A DNA stretch of 29,360 bases from a virus (taxonomy: Duplodnaviria > Caudoviricetes): positions 1-29,360 of IMG/VR virus record IMGVR_UViG_3300023184_000403. One strand, 5' to 3'. Of the stretch, positions 9,000-18,160 are shown piece after piece (the stretch's first letter is position 1; the number at the start of each line of letters is the position of its first letter). The notes beneath the pieces were generated by a model. That model did not search any database and had not been told where the DNA came from. It worked only from the letters and a program-made list of their open reading frames with translations. A program made the position numbers and the translations under genes.

Positions 9000-10063
9000 G
9001 TATCAAGGGGAAGATCAATTTCAAATTCTGCTAAGCAACTTGGGCATCCCAAAGGAATTTTTGTATTTAAACCCCAATCTGGATCAGTAACAATTCCTCT
9101 TAAATAAGAAATATCTTGCATTGGAAGATTTTTTATAAGTATTAATATTTCATTCTTGTCTTTTACATTTTCAATACTTTCTACTAATTGTGCCATACGG
9201 AAAGTAATGGTATCATCTGCTGCTTGATCACCAAATTTCTTTACTCTTTTTTCACGATGTTCTTGGATTTCATTTTCATCTTTACCAACAGACATTCGAT
9301 AAGTAAAGGTAAAACCAGTTTTTGGTAGCTTGCCACGCAAATCCATACCAGAATCACTAGGGTTTTCTACTGGGATATTGTTTAGATCAATTATAGTGGC
9401 AAATTTAGAACTACAATCAGGGCACTTTATTTCAACATCGTAATCTGGCCCATAGCTAATACCACGAAGATAGATAAGCAAAAATGTGCGATCAATTGAA
9501 AGTAATTCTTGGGTTTTTATAGGCTCTTGAATGCATCTTTGGAAAATCATATCAATTGCTTGGCCTTTTTTCACAAATCTTGGTGTTGCCAAAATTTGTT
9601 CTTCTTCACCTGTCATTGGTCTGATATTAAGCTTTCCGTTAATTGGTCCATCTTCACCATTGTAAAATCTACCAAGTGATGGAAGAGTAATTTCTTCATA
9701 AATGAAAGATTGTCCTTTTATAGTTTCAAGAAGATTTGCTAATTCCAAGCTTGCGTTTCTTGGAATTAGAATATTTGGTTTTACAGGACCAGAAGTAACA
9801 GGATTACGATTATTACTATTATTGTTATTATTGAAAGGGCTATCGTCTTCGTTTGTCTGTTGTGCTTTTTGCATGGCTGCTGCAATTTGAGGAGGCATAC
9901 GACCAGTAACACCAGGAATATTCATTACATCTTCTGGTCTTAAAGATTTAGGCTGTTGATTTTGTGGCTGAACATTCTGTCTTAATGGATGGTTATCTGG
10001 CAATGATTCAATATCTTCTTTAGAAAGGTTTGATGGTTGTGGTCTGTAAATATCTTCTGCCAT
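8954..10063 (-). CDS. T4 gp26-like baseplate hub / tail assembly chaperone with low-complexity N-terminal extension
   Basis: ITLPSLG, IRPMTGEEEQIL, LLSIDRTFLLIYLRGISYG, CPDC and CPSC, C-terminal NFFF; AGGAG SD. Confidence 0.85.
   Translation of the reverse strand: MAEDIYRPQPSNLSKEDIESLPDNHPLRQNVQPQNQQPKSLRPEDVMNIPGVTGRMPPQIAAAMQKAQQTNEDDSPFNNNNNSNNRNPVTSGPVKPNILIPRNASLELANLLETIKGQSFIYEEITLPSLGRFYNGEDGPINGKLNIRPMTGEEEQILATPRFVKKGQAIDMIFQRCIQEPIKTQELLSIDRTFLLIYLRGISYGPDYDVEIKCPDCSSKFATIIDLNNIPVENPSDSGMDLRGKLPKTGFTFTYRMSVGKDENEIQEHREKRVKKFGDQAADDTITFRMAQLVESIENVKDKNEILILIKNLPMQDISYLRGIVTDPDWGLNTKIPLGCPSCLAEFEIDLPLDTNFFFPRRKKEVTQA
8990..8999 (-). other. putative programmed -1 ribosomal frameshift site
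   Basis: overlapping in-phase heptamers A-AAT-TTT and T-TTT-TTC (X XXY YYZ) in ACA AAT TTT TTC. Confidence 0.72.
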
Positions 10064-10136
10064 TTTAATTTTGCTCCTAATTTTTAAAAATGTATAATAT
10101 TATTATAATTATATCACGGAAAAAATTCAAATAAAT

Positions 10137-10502
10137 ATGATTTTTTTAAGCATAAATAATATAGAAGATTTAATATTTACTGATAAAAAAATACGAATTT
10201 TACTACCAAAATACAAATATCTATTTGATAGTTTCGATCTTTCTAAAGTAAGCCCAGCACTTAGGCAGCTTGGAATTAGATGTTTAAATGATTTTTTAAA
10301 ACAAATAAAAGAAGAAGATTTAAAAATTATTGAAACTTATTTAAATCAAAAAGTAGAAGTAAATCAATTAATTTTAGATCTTGTTAAAAATATAGAAACC
10401 AATGTTGATTATGTAGAACTAGAATTGCCTGAATTTTACAATTGTATAGATTTTACAATCTATAGAAAAAAAGATGAATTGAAAATATCTTTGTGGAAGT
10501 AA
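10137..10502 (+). CDS. hypothetical protein
   Basis: 121-aa ORF opening a + strand unit. Confidence 0.7.
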   Translation: MIFLSINNIEDLIFTDKKIRILLPKYKYLFDSFDLSKVSPALRQLGIRCLNDFLKQIKEEDLKIIETYLNQKVEVNQLILDLVKNIETNVDYVELELPEFYNCIDFTIYRKKDELKISLWK

Positions 10503-10546
10503 AATTTAATCATATAATAAATTAAGACTTAACCAAAGGAAGTAAT

Positions 10547-10933
10547 ATGTATTTAGATAATAGTTTTGCGTTTTTTATCTTTGCTTTTGGATGCACAGGC
10601 ATTACAAGTATTATTGTAGATGGAGAAATATTTAGACCATTTAGAGAATATTTGAAAGCCAAGGCCCCAGATTTTATAAGCAAATTATTAAGTTGCTATC
10701 AATGCTCTGGTTTTTGGGTTGGTATAATTTTTGGCGGATTGCTTTTTTGGAATGATTTTTATGTAGAAAGCATTCACGCTACTTTAGCTTTTATATTTCT
10801 TGCTGGTGGAACTTCTAGTGCCCTGAGTTATTTTTGGGCTTTATATCTAACATATTTAGAAGCAAATTCATTGGTTAATTTAGATTCTGATCAAAACTTT
10901 GATAATTCTCAGGAAGATCAAAAAAATGGCTGA
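10547..10933 (+). CDS. DUF1360-like membrane protein
   Basis: three hydrophobic segments; IFRPFR and LLSCYQCSGFWVG (CxxCxGxW). Confidence 0.7.
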   Translation: MYLDNSFAFFIFAFGCTGITSIIVDGEIFRPFREYLKAKAPDFISKLLSCYQCSGFWVGIIFGGLLFWNDFYVESIHATLAFIFLAGGTSSALSYFWALYLTYLEANSLVNLDSDQNFDNSQEDQKNG

Positions 10934-11306
10934 TATTATTAGTTTGCTAGATGTAAAAAGAGCGTTGCGTGACAGTGAATTTAGAAAAGAACTTCCACCT
11001 TCATTATTAGATGATGTTCAAAAATTTTTAAATAATCCTGGTTGTGCTTGCAATGTTCCAATATATAGAAAAGTAATGAAATTTGGAGGAGAACAACTTA
11101 AAAAATACTTCTCAGAAAAAATACTTGTTACACCAGAAGAAGAAGAAGCAAAATTAGCAAAAAATAATTGGAGCGTTATAAACTGTAGTATTGGTGAACT
11201 AGAAGCAAGTTTAAAAAAATTAAACAAGGGAAGAAAACAAATAGCTATATCAAGATACGAAGATCAGGTTACTGTAATTGTAAACGAATTAGATATTTTA
11301 TTTTAA
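10926..11306 (+). CDS. hypothetical protein with NPGCACN motif
   Basis: ATG 10926 (MADIIS) overlaps the upstream stop, consistent with translational coupling. Confidence 0.75.
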   Translation: MADIISLLDVKRALRDSEFRKELPPSLLDDVQKFLNNPGCACNVPIYRKVMKFGGEQLKKYFSEKILVTPEEEEAKLAKNNWSVINCSIGELEASLKKLNKGRKQIAISRYEDQVTVIVNELDILF

Positions 11307-12239
11307 TTTAAAGATTGTTTGATTTTCTAATATTTTTTTACATGAATTTATCATTTTAATAGGATATTTTTTGTATTTTTCTGGTATTATAAACCAATCA
11401 TCATTTATGTTTCTGCGTTTTCCAGCTATTATTGCATATTCGTAAAATTTCAAAGCTTGTTTAAAGCTTTTGTTTTCATACCAATAATCACCTATGAAGC
11501 ACCAAAACTCTGCCATTTGTGGCATTTTTGCCAAGCAAGTAATAATATTTTGAATGATTTTATTTTTATCAATATTCTTGTACATTAAAACACTAGAAAT
11601 ATAAAATCTTATTAATATTTCGTTTTCTTCTTTAATATTTTTACTAAATAAAAATTTTTCTGCTTCGCAAATAAAATTATCATATTCTCCGTTAATTAAT
11701 AAATTCATTGCTTTATAATAATTTATTTGATTGTTTAAAGGTTCTTTAACATGCCACTTATCAAGTATTTCTTTGTAATTTTTTCTTTTGCAATTTGTCG
11801 CATTTATAAAAATACCTTTATTTAATTCAAATGTCTGATCTTCTATAGATTCAAATACTTTATTAGAAAAAATAAACTTTTCCTTAAGGCATATTCTACT
11901 CTCTTTAACAATTGTTGAATCGTAAACAATAGATACTTTGTAATTTTTATTATCAATTAATGATTTAATTGATTTGGTAATTAAAACTTCTCCAACATTA
12001 ATGCTAAAAAGTAAATTATTTGGTAAAATATAATTATTTTTGTTTCTTATTTTAGAATAATCATTATCCCATGAATTGTCTTTTATAATTACAATTGTTG
12101 GTTGTTCTTCTATGTCTTTTGGTAATGTTGATGTAGTAATAATATAAATATCATCAACTTCTTCATTTAAGGAAATTAAAGTTTTTTTTAAATCTATGTA
12201 TTCTTCATCATGGAACAATATTACTGCTGTTATTTTCAA
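11298..12239 (-). CDS. degenerate GT2-like domain plus TPR repeats
   Basis: MKITAVILFHDEE..L..L...VDDIYI, WDNDYSKIRN; C-terminal TPR-like PQMAEFWCFIGDYWY...ALKFYEYA; DxD replaced by NVG. Confidence 0.7.
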   Translation of the reverse strand: MKITAVILFHDEEYIDLKKTLISLNEEVDDIYIITTSTLPKDIEEQPTIVIIKDNSWDNDYSKIRNKNNYILPNNLLFSINVGEVLITKSIKSLIDNKNYKVSIVYDSTIVKESRICLKEKFIFSNKVFESIEDQTFELNKGIFINATNCKRKNYKEILDKWHVKEPLNNQINYYKAMNLLINGEYDNFICEAEKFLFSKNIKEENEILIRFYISSVLMYKNIDKNKIIQNIITCLAKMPQMAEFWCFIGDYWYENKSFKQALKFYEYAIIAGKRRNINDDWFIIPEKYKKYPIKMINSCKKILENQTIFKLK

Positions 12240-12387
12240 TTTTATTATTCTCTATTATTTTGTTAAAAACATCAGCATGGTTCTTTAAATTGTTTTTTTC
12301 ATAATAATCTTTTATTTCTGATAAATCTTTTAAACTAAAAGGATTATTGAAAATATTAATTAAATTATTGTAAAAATTATTAATCAT
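12208..12387 (-). CDS. small hypothetical protein (59 aa)
   Basis: ATG 12387 overlaps the sigma-factor stop and fills the gap to the next gene. Confidence 0.6.
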   Translation of the reverse strand: MINNFYNNLINIFNNPFSLKDLSEIKDYYEKNNLKNHADVFNKIIENNKIENNSSNIVP

Positions 12388-12901
12388 TGTCAAAATTATT
12401 ATTTTTATAATATTTTTCTTTTGTTCTAATAGGATAGCTGCTAGACATTGTTTTTTGATACATGTCACTTATTCTACGCTTTAATTCTTGGTAATTTCTA
12501 GCTGCTCTATATAATTGTTTAAAGTGATTCAAAATACAAGTAGTCAAGTAATTAAAAGCTTTACCCTTTGCAGGATCAAATTTTTCTGCTCTTTCAAAAC
12601 AAATAACAACTCCTTCTTGAATAGAATCATCTTGGTCTATATGGCTAAATTTTGCGTATTTGACGATATTTTCTGATAAGGTATAGAAAGCCTTTGCTAG
12701 TTCAGTTTGTGCTTCTAGATGGTTTTTTTGAGCTTCATGTGGTTGATTAAGTGGTATAAATAAAACTTTATCTTTATTATTCTTCCTGTGTATTTCTACA
12801 TCTTCATGAAGTATTTCATATTTTAATTTATTTTTTTTTGTTTCTTGAAAATCAATAATTAATTTTTCAAATGTTCTATTATTTAAATATTCATTGCTCA
12901 T
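12380..12901 (-). CDS. T4 gp55-like late-transcription sigma factor (region 2 only)
   Basis: YLNNRTF, DDSIQEG...C...KFDPAKGKAFNYLTTCILNHF, matching the gp55 / sigma region 2 pattern. Confidence 0.82.
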   Translation of the reverse strand: MSNEYLNNRTFEKLIIDFQETKKNKLKYEILHEDVEIHRKNNKDKVLFIPLNQPHEAQKNHLEAQTELAKAFYTLSENIVKYAKFSHIDQDDSIQEGVVICFERAEKFDPAKGKAFNYLTTCILNHFKQLYRAARNYQELKRRISDMYQKTMSSSYPIRTKEKYYKNNNFDND

Positions 12902-12965
12902 TAAGATAAAATAGTTTGTTTTTTATAATTTATACGATAAAATATTATATAACGAAAGGATAAAT

Positions 12966-13205
12966 GTGATAAAAGATTTTATTGAAATTTTAGAGAGACA
13001 GGAACTTTTACAAAAAATTGAAGATGCTGGATTTAAACAAATCATAGATACTTTACTTTTGAACGAAAATAAAGTTTATACAAAAAAAGGAAGGCTTAAT
13101 AAAAGTGGTGCATGTAGGATTTTAAAGTGTAAACCAAAAGATTTAGAAGATTTGCTTAAGAAATTTCGTGATATTATTAATGCTAATCAATTTTTGGAAA
13201 AATAA
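12966..13205 (+). CDS. small putative HTH protein
   Basis: GTG start with AAGGA SD; LNKSGACRILKCKPKDLEDLL is HTH-like. Confidence 0.65.
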   Translation: MIKDFIEILERQELLQKIEDAGFKQIIDTLLLNENKVYTKKGRLNKSGACRILKCKPKDLEDLLKKFRDIINANQFLEK

Positions 13206-13208
13206 TAT

Positions 13209-13709
13209 TTAGTCATTAAAATATGCTCTGTCATATTTTAATGACAAGGATATATTTAAAATATCATTACTACTCATGTCTAAATCATCAAAATTAATTT
13301 CTTCAGGATATGCATTTTCAAAAGTCCAACTTTCTATTGTGTTTCCACAACCATCAAGCATGGTTAAAATTGCTTCTTTTTTATATCCTGCATCAATTGA
13401 ATAATTGTAATTTCCAATTTTTGGACTATAAAAAGGTTGAATCCAATTTGTCCAAATAGGATTCATTTTGCACTTAGTATCATATAAAACAATGTTAATT
13501 GGTTTCCATTCAGGCTTAACTGGAAACGATATAGTTTCATTTAAATGTTCAAAAGACTGTGATTTAAAGCTTAAAGTTGGTCTTGCTCCTTTGTTTGGCA
13601 AAAGAGCATTAACACTATCTCCAATAATTCCATTAATGGAAAATAACCAACGAAACTTTCTTTTGAAAGTTGCATCACTTAAAGTTCCTAAGCCCATTGA
13701 TTTTGCCAT
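13209..13709 (-). CDS. tail tube protein paralog 2 (T4 gp19 superfamily)
   Basis: FKRKFRW, RPTL, PEWKPINIVLYD, YKKEAILTMLDGCGNTIESWTFENAYP..INFDDLD, LKYDRA. Confidence 0.88.
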   Translation of the reverse strand: MAKSMGLGTLSDATFKRKFRWLFSINGIIGDSVNALLPNKGARPTLSFKSQSFEHLNETISFPVKPEWKPINIVLYDTKCKMNPIWTNWIQPFYSPKIGNYNYSIDAGYKKEAILTMLDGCGNTIESWTFENAYPEEINFDDLDMSSNDILNISLSLKYDRAYFND

Positions 13710-13732
13710 ATGATTATATAGTAGTTTAAATA

Positions 13733-13766
13733 AAAAAAGCTTGCACTTTATAATGCAAGCTTTTTT
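13733..13766. terminator. intrinsic, potentially bidirectional terminator between the two tube genes
   Basis: AAAAAAGCTTGCA-ctttataa-TGCAAGCTTTTTT. Confidence 0.85.
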
Positions 13767-13793
13767 ATAATTTATTTATAATAAAAGTATTTT

Positions 13794-14435
13794 TTATTCA
13801 TCATTAATTGTTAAACCTGGAAATGTTCGTGTAACTGGAGCACAGCCAGCACAATATATTTCGAAGTCTTTAGCACAAGCACTATTAGGAATATATTGAA
13901 AGTTTCTGTATCTTAAAGTTACATCAATTGTACATTCATCATTTGAAGAATAATCTAATTCTCCAAAATTAATTTGAGTAGGCCAACAATCTAAGTAAAT
14001 AAATTTATCAATGGTATTACCGCAGCCATCAAGCATATTTAATACGCCTTCTCTAGCAGTATAACCACCCAATACAGTTGCCGAAGATTGTTTTGAAGAT
14101 TGACTTAAGCCAATTGGATCAGTAAAGTTATATACAGTTGCTAGCCAAGTAAACAAACCTGCTACAACATCACCACCTTGACTACTTGCTATGTCATAAT
14201 AAGTAACCTGAGTAGTATCAGGTGTTCCTTTTCCAGGAATCCACATTTTTCCATTTAAGTAATTTATTTCTGTTTCTTCGATTGTTAAGCTAGGTCTATT
14301 TGCAGCTTTAACAAAAGAAGGTGCAATTTTTGTAGACGAACCACATATGCCTAAAAATTCCATAGTCCAGCGGAATTTTCTTTTGAAAATATTATCAGCC
14401 GTTCCTAACAAACCTAAACCCATTGATTTTGCCAT
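13794..14435 (-). CDS. major tail tube protein (T4 gp19 superfamily)
   Basis: directly after the sheath; FKRKFRW, RPSLTIEETEINYLNGK..IPGK, CWPTQINFGELDYS, VTLRY; AAGGAG SD. Confidence 0.9.
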   Translation of the reverse strand: MAKSMGLGLLGTADNIFKRKFRWTMEFLGICGSSTKIAPSFVKAANRPSLTIEETEINYLNGKMWIPGKGTPDTTQVTYYDIASSQGGDVVAGLFTWLATVYNFTDPIGLSQSSKQSSATVLGGYTAREGVLNMLDGCGNTIDKFIYLDCWPTQINFGELDYSSNDECTIDVTLRYRNFQYIPNSACAKDFEIYCAGCAPVTRTFPGLTINDE

Positions 14436-14491
14436 TTTTTCTCCTTGTCTTAAATTTTTAAATTAAACCTTTATAAATTAAACTTTTTAAA

Positions 14492-16909
14492 TTAAATAGT
14501 ACCAGTTCTTTGTATTGTAAATTCAATAAATATGAATTCTACTGCTTTGGTTGGAATTACGCCAATTTTTGCTCTTAATTCATTTCTATCAATAACATCA
14601 GCTGTATTTAACTTTTCATCACACTCAACCTTGTAGGAAGTTAATCCTCTTTGTATTTGAACAAAGTCTAGTATTCCTTTTGCCAATGAAACAAATTGAC
14701 TTCTTGTTGATTCATCATTAGGCTCAAACAACAATGCTTTTGCACTATTTTTTATTTGTCTTTCAATATAAAACATCATTCTGCGAACATTTACTCTATC
14801 TAGAGCAGTTGGTCGTCTTTGTAATGTTTTTTGCCCAAATATTACAAAACCATTAGTGTCAGCAAATGTAACAATAGGATTTATAGCATTTCCATTACCA
14901 TACATTAAATCTCTTTCTGCTAAACTTGGTCTACTGTAAACATCTAAAACATTTGTTAAAATACCTCTGTTAACACCAGCAGGAGCAAACCATGGACCAG
15001 AATTAGCATCGCTTTGTGCATAAGCACCACAAACAGAACCACTTGGTGGAACCCAAACATTAATTCCATTGTCTGTATCATTAATCATTAACCAAGGCCA
15101 GTATAAAGCTGCGAAGTCAGTATTTAATGGGAAGCTATTTAGTGGATGAACACCATTTGCCCATTGAATAATTTCACGGACAGTTAGGCCAAAAGGAGGG
15201 TCAATTATTGCAAAAGCATCTCCACGCTCTGTACACATATCAATCAACGCTTTTACAACTCTAGTTGAAGAATGTCCAGGCACTGCTACAACATCAATTG
15301 TTATTTGATCTGGTTCGCTTAAAGCCCATAGACCAGTGTAGGATACACGATTTCCAATTAAAATTGAATCTTGATCATCTGGATCAGGTGGGATACCATC
15401 AGTACCGCCCTTTAAAGTAGATCCATTTGGACCATTATTAGCGGGAGGAGCAGCGACAAGTGTGTTATCAATAGCTCTTATATAATCACTTACTAGATTT
15501 AAATAAGTTTCAACATAATAACGACTGCCAGGATTCTTTGATAGTTGACCCCAAGCTTCTACTTGAAATCCTTTGTTGAAAACTAAAAGATTAAAATTAC
15601 CAGTCTCAGGATCATTTTCAATAAGAATTGTAGTATCATTACCATCAATACCAGGTGAATCAGCTGTAAAACTCACGCTAATTTCAGGTACGATTACAGG
15701 AATGGTAGCATTGCTTATATTTAGATTGCTAAATCCAGCATTAGAAAAAGAAGTACCAGATACTATTCCTAGAGTATCAACATTAATATCTGAACTGCTG
15801 CCAGCAGGAGAAATGCCTGATGCTGTAGTTCCAGTAAAGCCAAATACAACTGAGGCAGTTGGATTTGTTTTTACTAAAAGTTTTGCATCTCTACCAGAAT
15901 GCAAAGTTTCGAATACTAATTTACCTTCAACATTTTTTGCATAAAAACCACCTGGCAAGTTAGAAATTTCAATATTAATTGAAAGTAAAACATTGCTAAT
16001 ATTTTGACTAGAGCCTTCTAGGGAAGCTAAAGATATAACTTGAATTACTCCATCTATATTCGAATTATCAGTTCCATCTACAACTACCTCTAAACTTTGC
16101 CCAGTAAGGCCAGTAAAGTCGTAATTGCCATCTCCTTGATATGAATCTGAAGTTGGATATTTAGAATAAGTGCCCATACTTTCAGCTGGCATCATCCCAG
16201 TTCCAAGTCCTACTTCACTATTTTCACCGTACAGTGAATTTAATACAGAAACAAATTCAATAGAAGAATCGTTTCCATATGCCCAAACTGATCTTACGCC
16301 AAGGGTATTAGTAATACTAGTAATATTGGTTATATTAAGGGATGTTTCATTGTAAATAAAGAATTCTATACCATCAACATCTGGAATTAATTGATCGTTT
16401 AACAAAGTTACTATTTCAGCACTAGTGTAAATGCCAGCTGGTACTACAAGAATTTTAGAAGCCAAGGCTCCATTTAGCTTCCATCTAAAAAATGTATCTT
16501 TAGAAATAGTATAAGTATTATCTGGTCCAATTTGATTAGAATGAATATTTACTCTTAAACCAGCAGAGATTAAATCAACGCTTGCGGTTGTAGCAGCATA
16601 ATTATTAACAGTATTTGTTTCTGCAACTCTTAAAATATAACAAGATTGTGAAGTTCTAAGATATTGTGAAGCAGCATAAATAAGATAAGGATCGCCAGTA
16701 TCAGGGTGAGGGTATCCAAAAATTCTGTTTAATTCAACTTGGCTACTAATAAGCACAGGTAAATTTACTGGACCTTTAGATCCGAATCCAACAAAAGCTC
16801 CAATAGTTCCGCTTTGAAGAGCATTCCCATAAAAGCTTAAATCTCTTTCAGCAATTCTTACTGAAGGACTAATAGTATTTGAAGGTGGAAAGCCTTTTAA
16901 TAATGCCAT
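14492..16909 (-). CDS. contractile tail sheath protein (gp18-like) with inserted domains
   Basis: ISPSVRIAERDLS, KGPVNLPVLI, FAALYWPW, WVPPSG, PWFAPAGVNRG, FGQKTLQ..ALDRVNVRR, LFEPND, PTKAVEFIFIEF. Confidence 0.97.
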   Translation of the reverse strand: MALLKGFPPSNTISPSVRIAERDLSFYGNALQSGTIGAFVGFGSKGPVNLPVLISSQVELNRIFGYPHPDTGDPYLIYAASQYLRTSQSCYILRVAETNTVNNYAATTASVDLISAGLRVNIHSNQIGPDNTYTISKDTFFRWKLNGALASKILVVPAGIYTSAEIVTLLNDQLIPDVDGIEFFIYNETSLNITNITSITNTLGVRSVWAYGNDSSIEFVSVLNSLYGENSEVGLGTGMMPAESMGTYSKYPTSDSYQGDGNYDFTGLTGQSLEVVVDGTDNSNIDGVIQVISLASLEGSSQNISNVLLSINIEISNLPGGFYAKNVEGKLVFETLHSGRDAKLLVKTNPTASVVFGFTGTTASGISPAGSSSDINVDTLGIVSGTSFSNAGFSNLNISNATIPVIVPEISVSFTADSPGIDGNDTTILIENDPETGNFNLLVFNKGFQVEAWGQLSKNPGSRYYVETYLNLVSDYIRAIDNTLVAAPPANNGPNGSTLKGGTDGIPPDPDDQDSILIGNRVSYTGLWALSEPDQITIDVVAVPGHSSTRVVKALIDMCTERGDAFAIIDPPFGLTVREIIQWANGVHPLNSFPLNTDFAALYWPWLMINDTDNGINVWVPPSGSVCGAYAQSDANSGPWFAPAGVNRGILTNVLDVYSRPSLAERDLMYGNGNAINPIVTFADTNGFVIFGQKTLQRRPTALDRVNVRRMMFYIERQIKNSAKALLFEPNDESTRSQFVSLAKGILDFVQIQRGLTSYKVECDEKLNTADVIDRNELRAKIGVIPTKAVEFIFIEFTIQRTGTI

Positions 16910-16929
16910 GATTTTTCTCCCTTTTTTTC

Positions 16930-17127
16930 TTATACGGTTCGTTTAGTAATTAATCCTGCTTCAGCAGCACGATCTATATATTCAGTTGCTCTTTCATCTT
17001 GCAATAAAAAAATATTATTTTTTTTACCAATACCTGGAATATTTAAGCAAGTAAATGAATTTGGTATTTTTGTAGACTTAACTACAATTTGCACTGGGTA
17101 TTTTTGTTTGTTTGTAATTTCAATCAT
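16930..17127 (-). CDS. small hypothetical protein in the tail operon
   Basis: 65 aa, overlaps the upstream stop, lies between gp15-like and sheath genes. Confidence 0.75.
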   Translation of the reverse strand: MIEITNKQKYPVQIVVKSTKIPNSFTCLNIPGIGKKNNIFLLQDERATEYIDRAAEAGLITKRTV

Positions 17128-18116
17128 TTATTTAGTTCCTTAACTGAATCTTCTATTCTTCCAATTACTTGTGTAATTTCTTCTTCGTTCAACCCATTTA
17201 CAAATTCTGTTCTTGTTTCCAAAACAGTTTTTTTTCTTACAAGGGGCTGTGCTATATAAGTTTCAGCAGTTAAAGAGATCTCATATTTTATCACTCTTAA
17301 TGCACTATCACCAGGCTCTTGGCTTAGGTTATTTGCAATTGAGTCAAGCTTTACTGGAATCTCCCAATTTATACCTCGTACAGTTATATATGACATAGGT
17401 GAAAATTTTAAAAAAATTTGTTCTAAAATTTGATTAATATCTTCAACATACAAAGTCCATATTCCTAATGTGTAAGAAATATCAATTGGTACGCCTCTTG
17501 AAACTCCAAAGATTGTATCTCTTTCATATTTTTCAGAACCATAAAAACTTGGTTTGCCTTTTACATCTCTTAGATAATTTACTGCTGCGTGATAAGTATA
17601 ACGATTTTGGTTGAAAGAATATCCGCTACTGTTTATTGACATCATTGGAATTTTAATTCTATCGACTACTAATGTATCGTCTTTTCTTGTATTTTCTTGG
17701 AGCATAAAAGCAACGGCTCTTTCTTGTGTCCCCCAGATAATAGGAATTGGATGTGCTTTGCCAGATTCGTCTATAACAACTATATTTTTAAACAATCCCA
17801 TTACAGCTTCATCTGTTCCACGCAAAGATTTTGCATATCTAAAAACTGTGTCACGAACTGGAGTTTCTAAATCATTTACAATTTTTCCACTTTGAACTGG
17901 ATCACAATTATTTTCTTTTCCTAAATTTGTTTTTGTATTTTCTGAATCAGAAAACCAACTTTCCTTAGCTCCTTCTACATTATTTTGATTTAAAGGATCT
18001 ATATTACAGTAGCCAGGAGGTGGATCAATATTATTGCTTTGTCCTAAAGGACTTTTGCAATTTATATTGTTTAGTGCTTCTTCTGATGAATTAATTTGCG
18101 GACCAAAATTTTTCAT
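17124..18116 (-). CDS. T4 gp15-like tail sheath stabilizer / terminator
   Basis: IPIIWGTQER, IKIPMMSI, VPIDISYTLGIW...EDINQILEQIFLKFSP; upstream of the sheath. Confidence 0.85.
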   Translation of the reverse strand: MKNFGPQINSSEEALNNINCKSPLGQSNNIDPPPGYCNIDPLNQNNVEGAKESWFSDSENTKTNLGKENNCDPVQSGKIVNDLETPVRDTVFRYAKSLRGTDEAVMGLFKNIVVIDESGKAHPIPIIWGTQERAVAFMLQENTRKDDTLVVDRIKIPMMSINSSGYSFNQNRYTYHAAVNYLRDVKGKPSFYGSEKYERDTIFGVSRGVPIDISYTLGIWTLYVEDINQILEQIFLKFSPMSYITVRGINWEIPVKLDSIANNLSQEPGDSALRVIKYEISLTAETYIAQPLVRKKTVLETRTEFVNGLNEEEITQVIGRIEDSVKELNK

Positions 18117-18133
18117 TTTAAAAACCTTTTAAA

Positions 18134-18156
18134 TATTTATTATAACATAATAAATA
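18134..18156. promoter_or_regulatory. back-to-back putative late promoters
   Basis: TAAATA on minus strand at 18134-18139 (towards the tail operon) and on plus strand at 18151-18156 (4 nt before ATG 18161). Confidence 0.5.
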
Positions 18157-18160
18157 AATT

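Noticed and set aside
13209-16909. Bacterial extracellular contractile injection system (sheath plus two tubes)
   Set aside because: gp55-like sigma, gp15/gp26-like genes, resolvase, Prim-Pol and dense orphan ORFs fit a phage genome better
4609-17895. Antisense ORFs at 4609, 5656, 9702, 11018, 13468, 15573, 16170, 17213 and 17611
   Set aside because: Each lies opposite a better-supported gene and shows no recognisable motif
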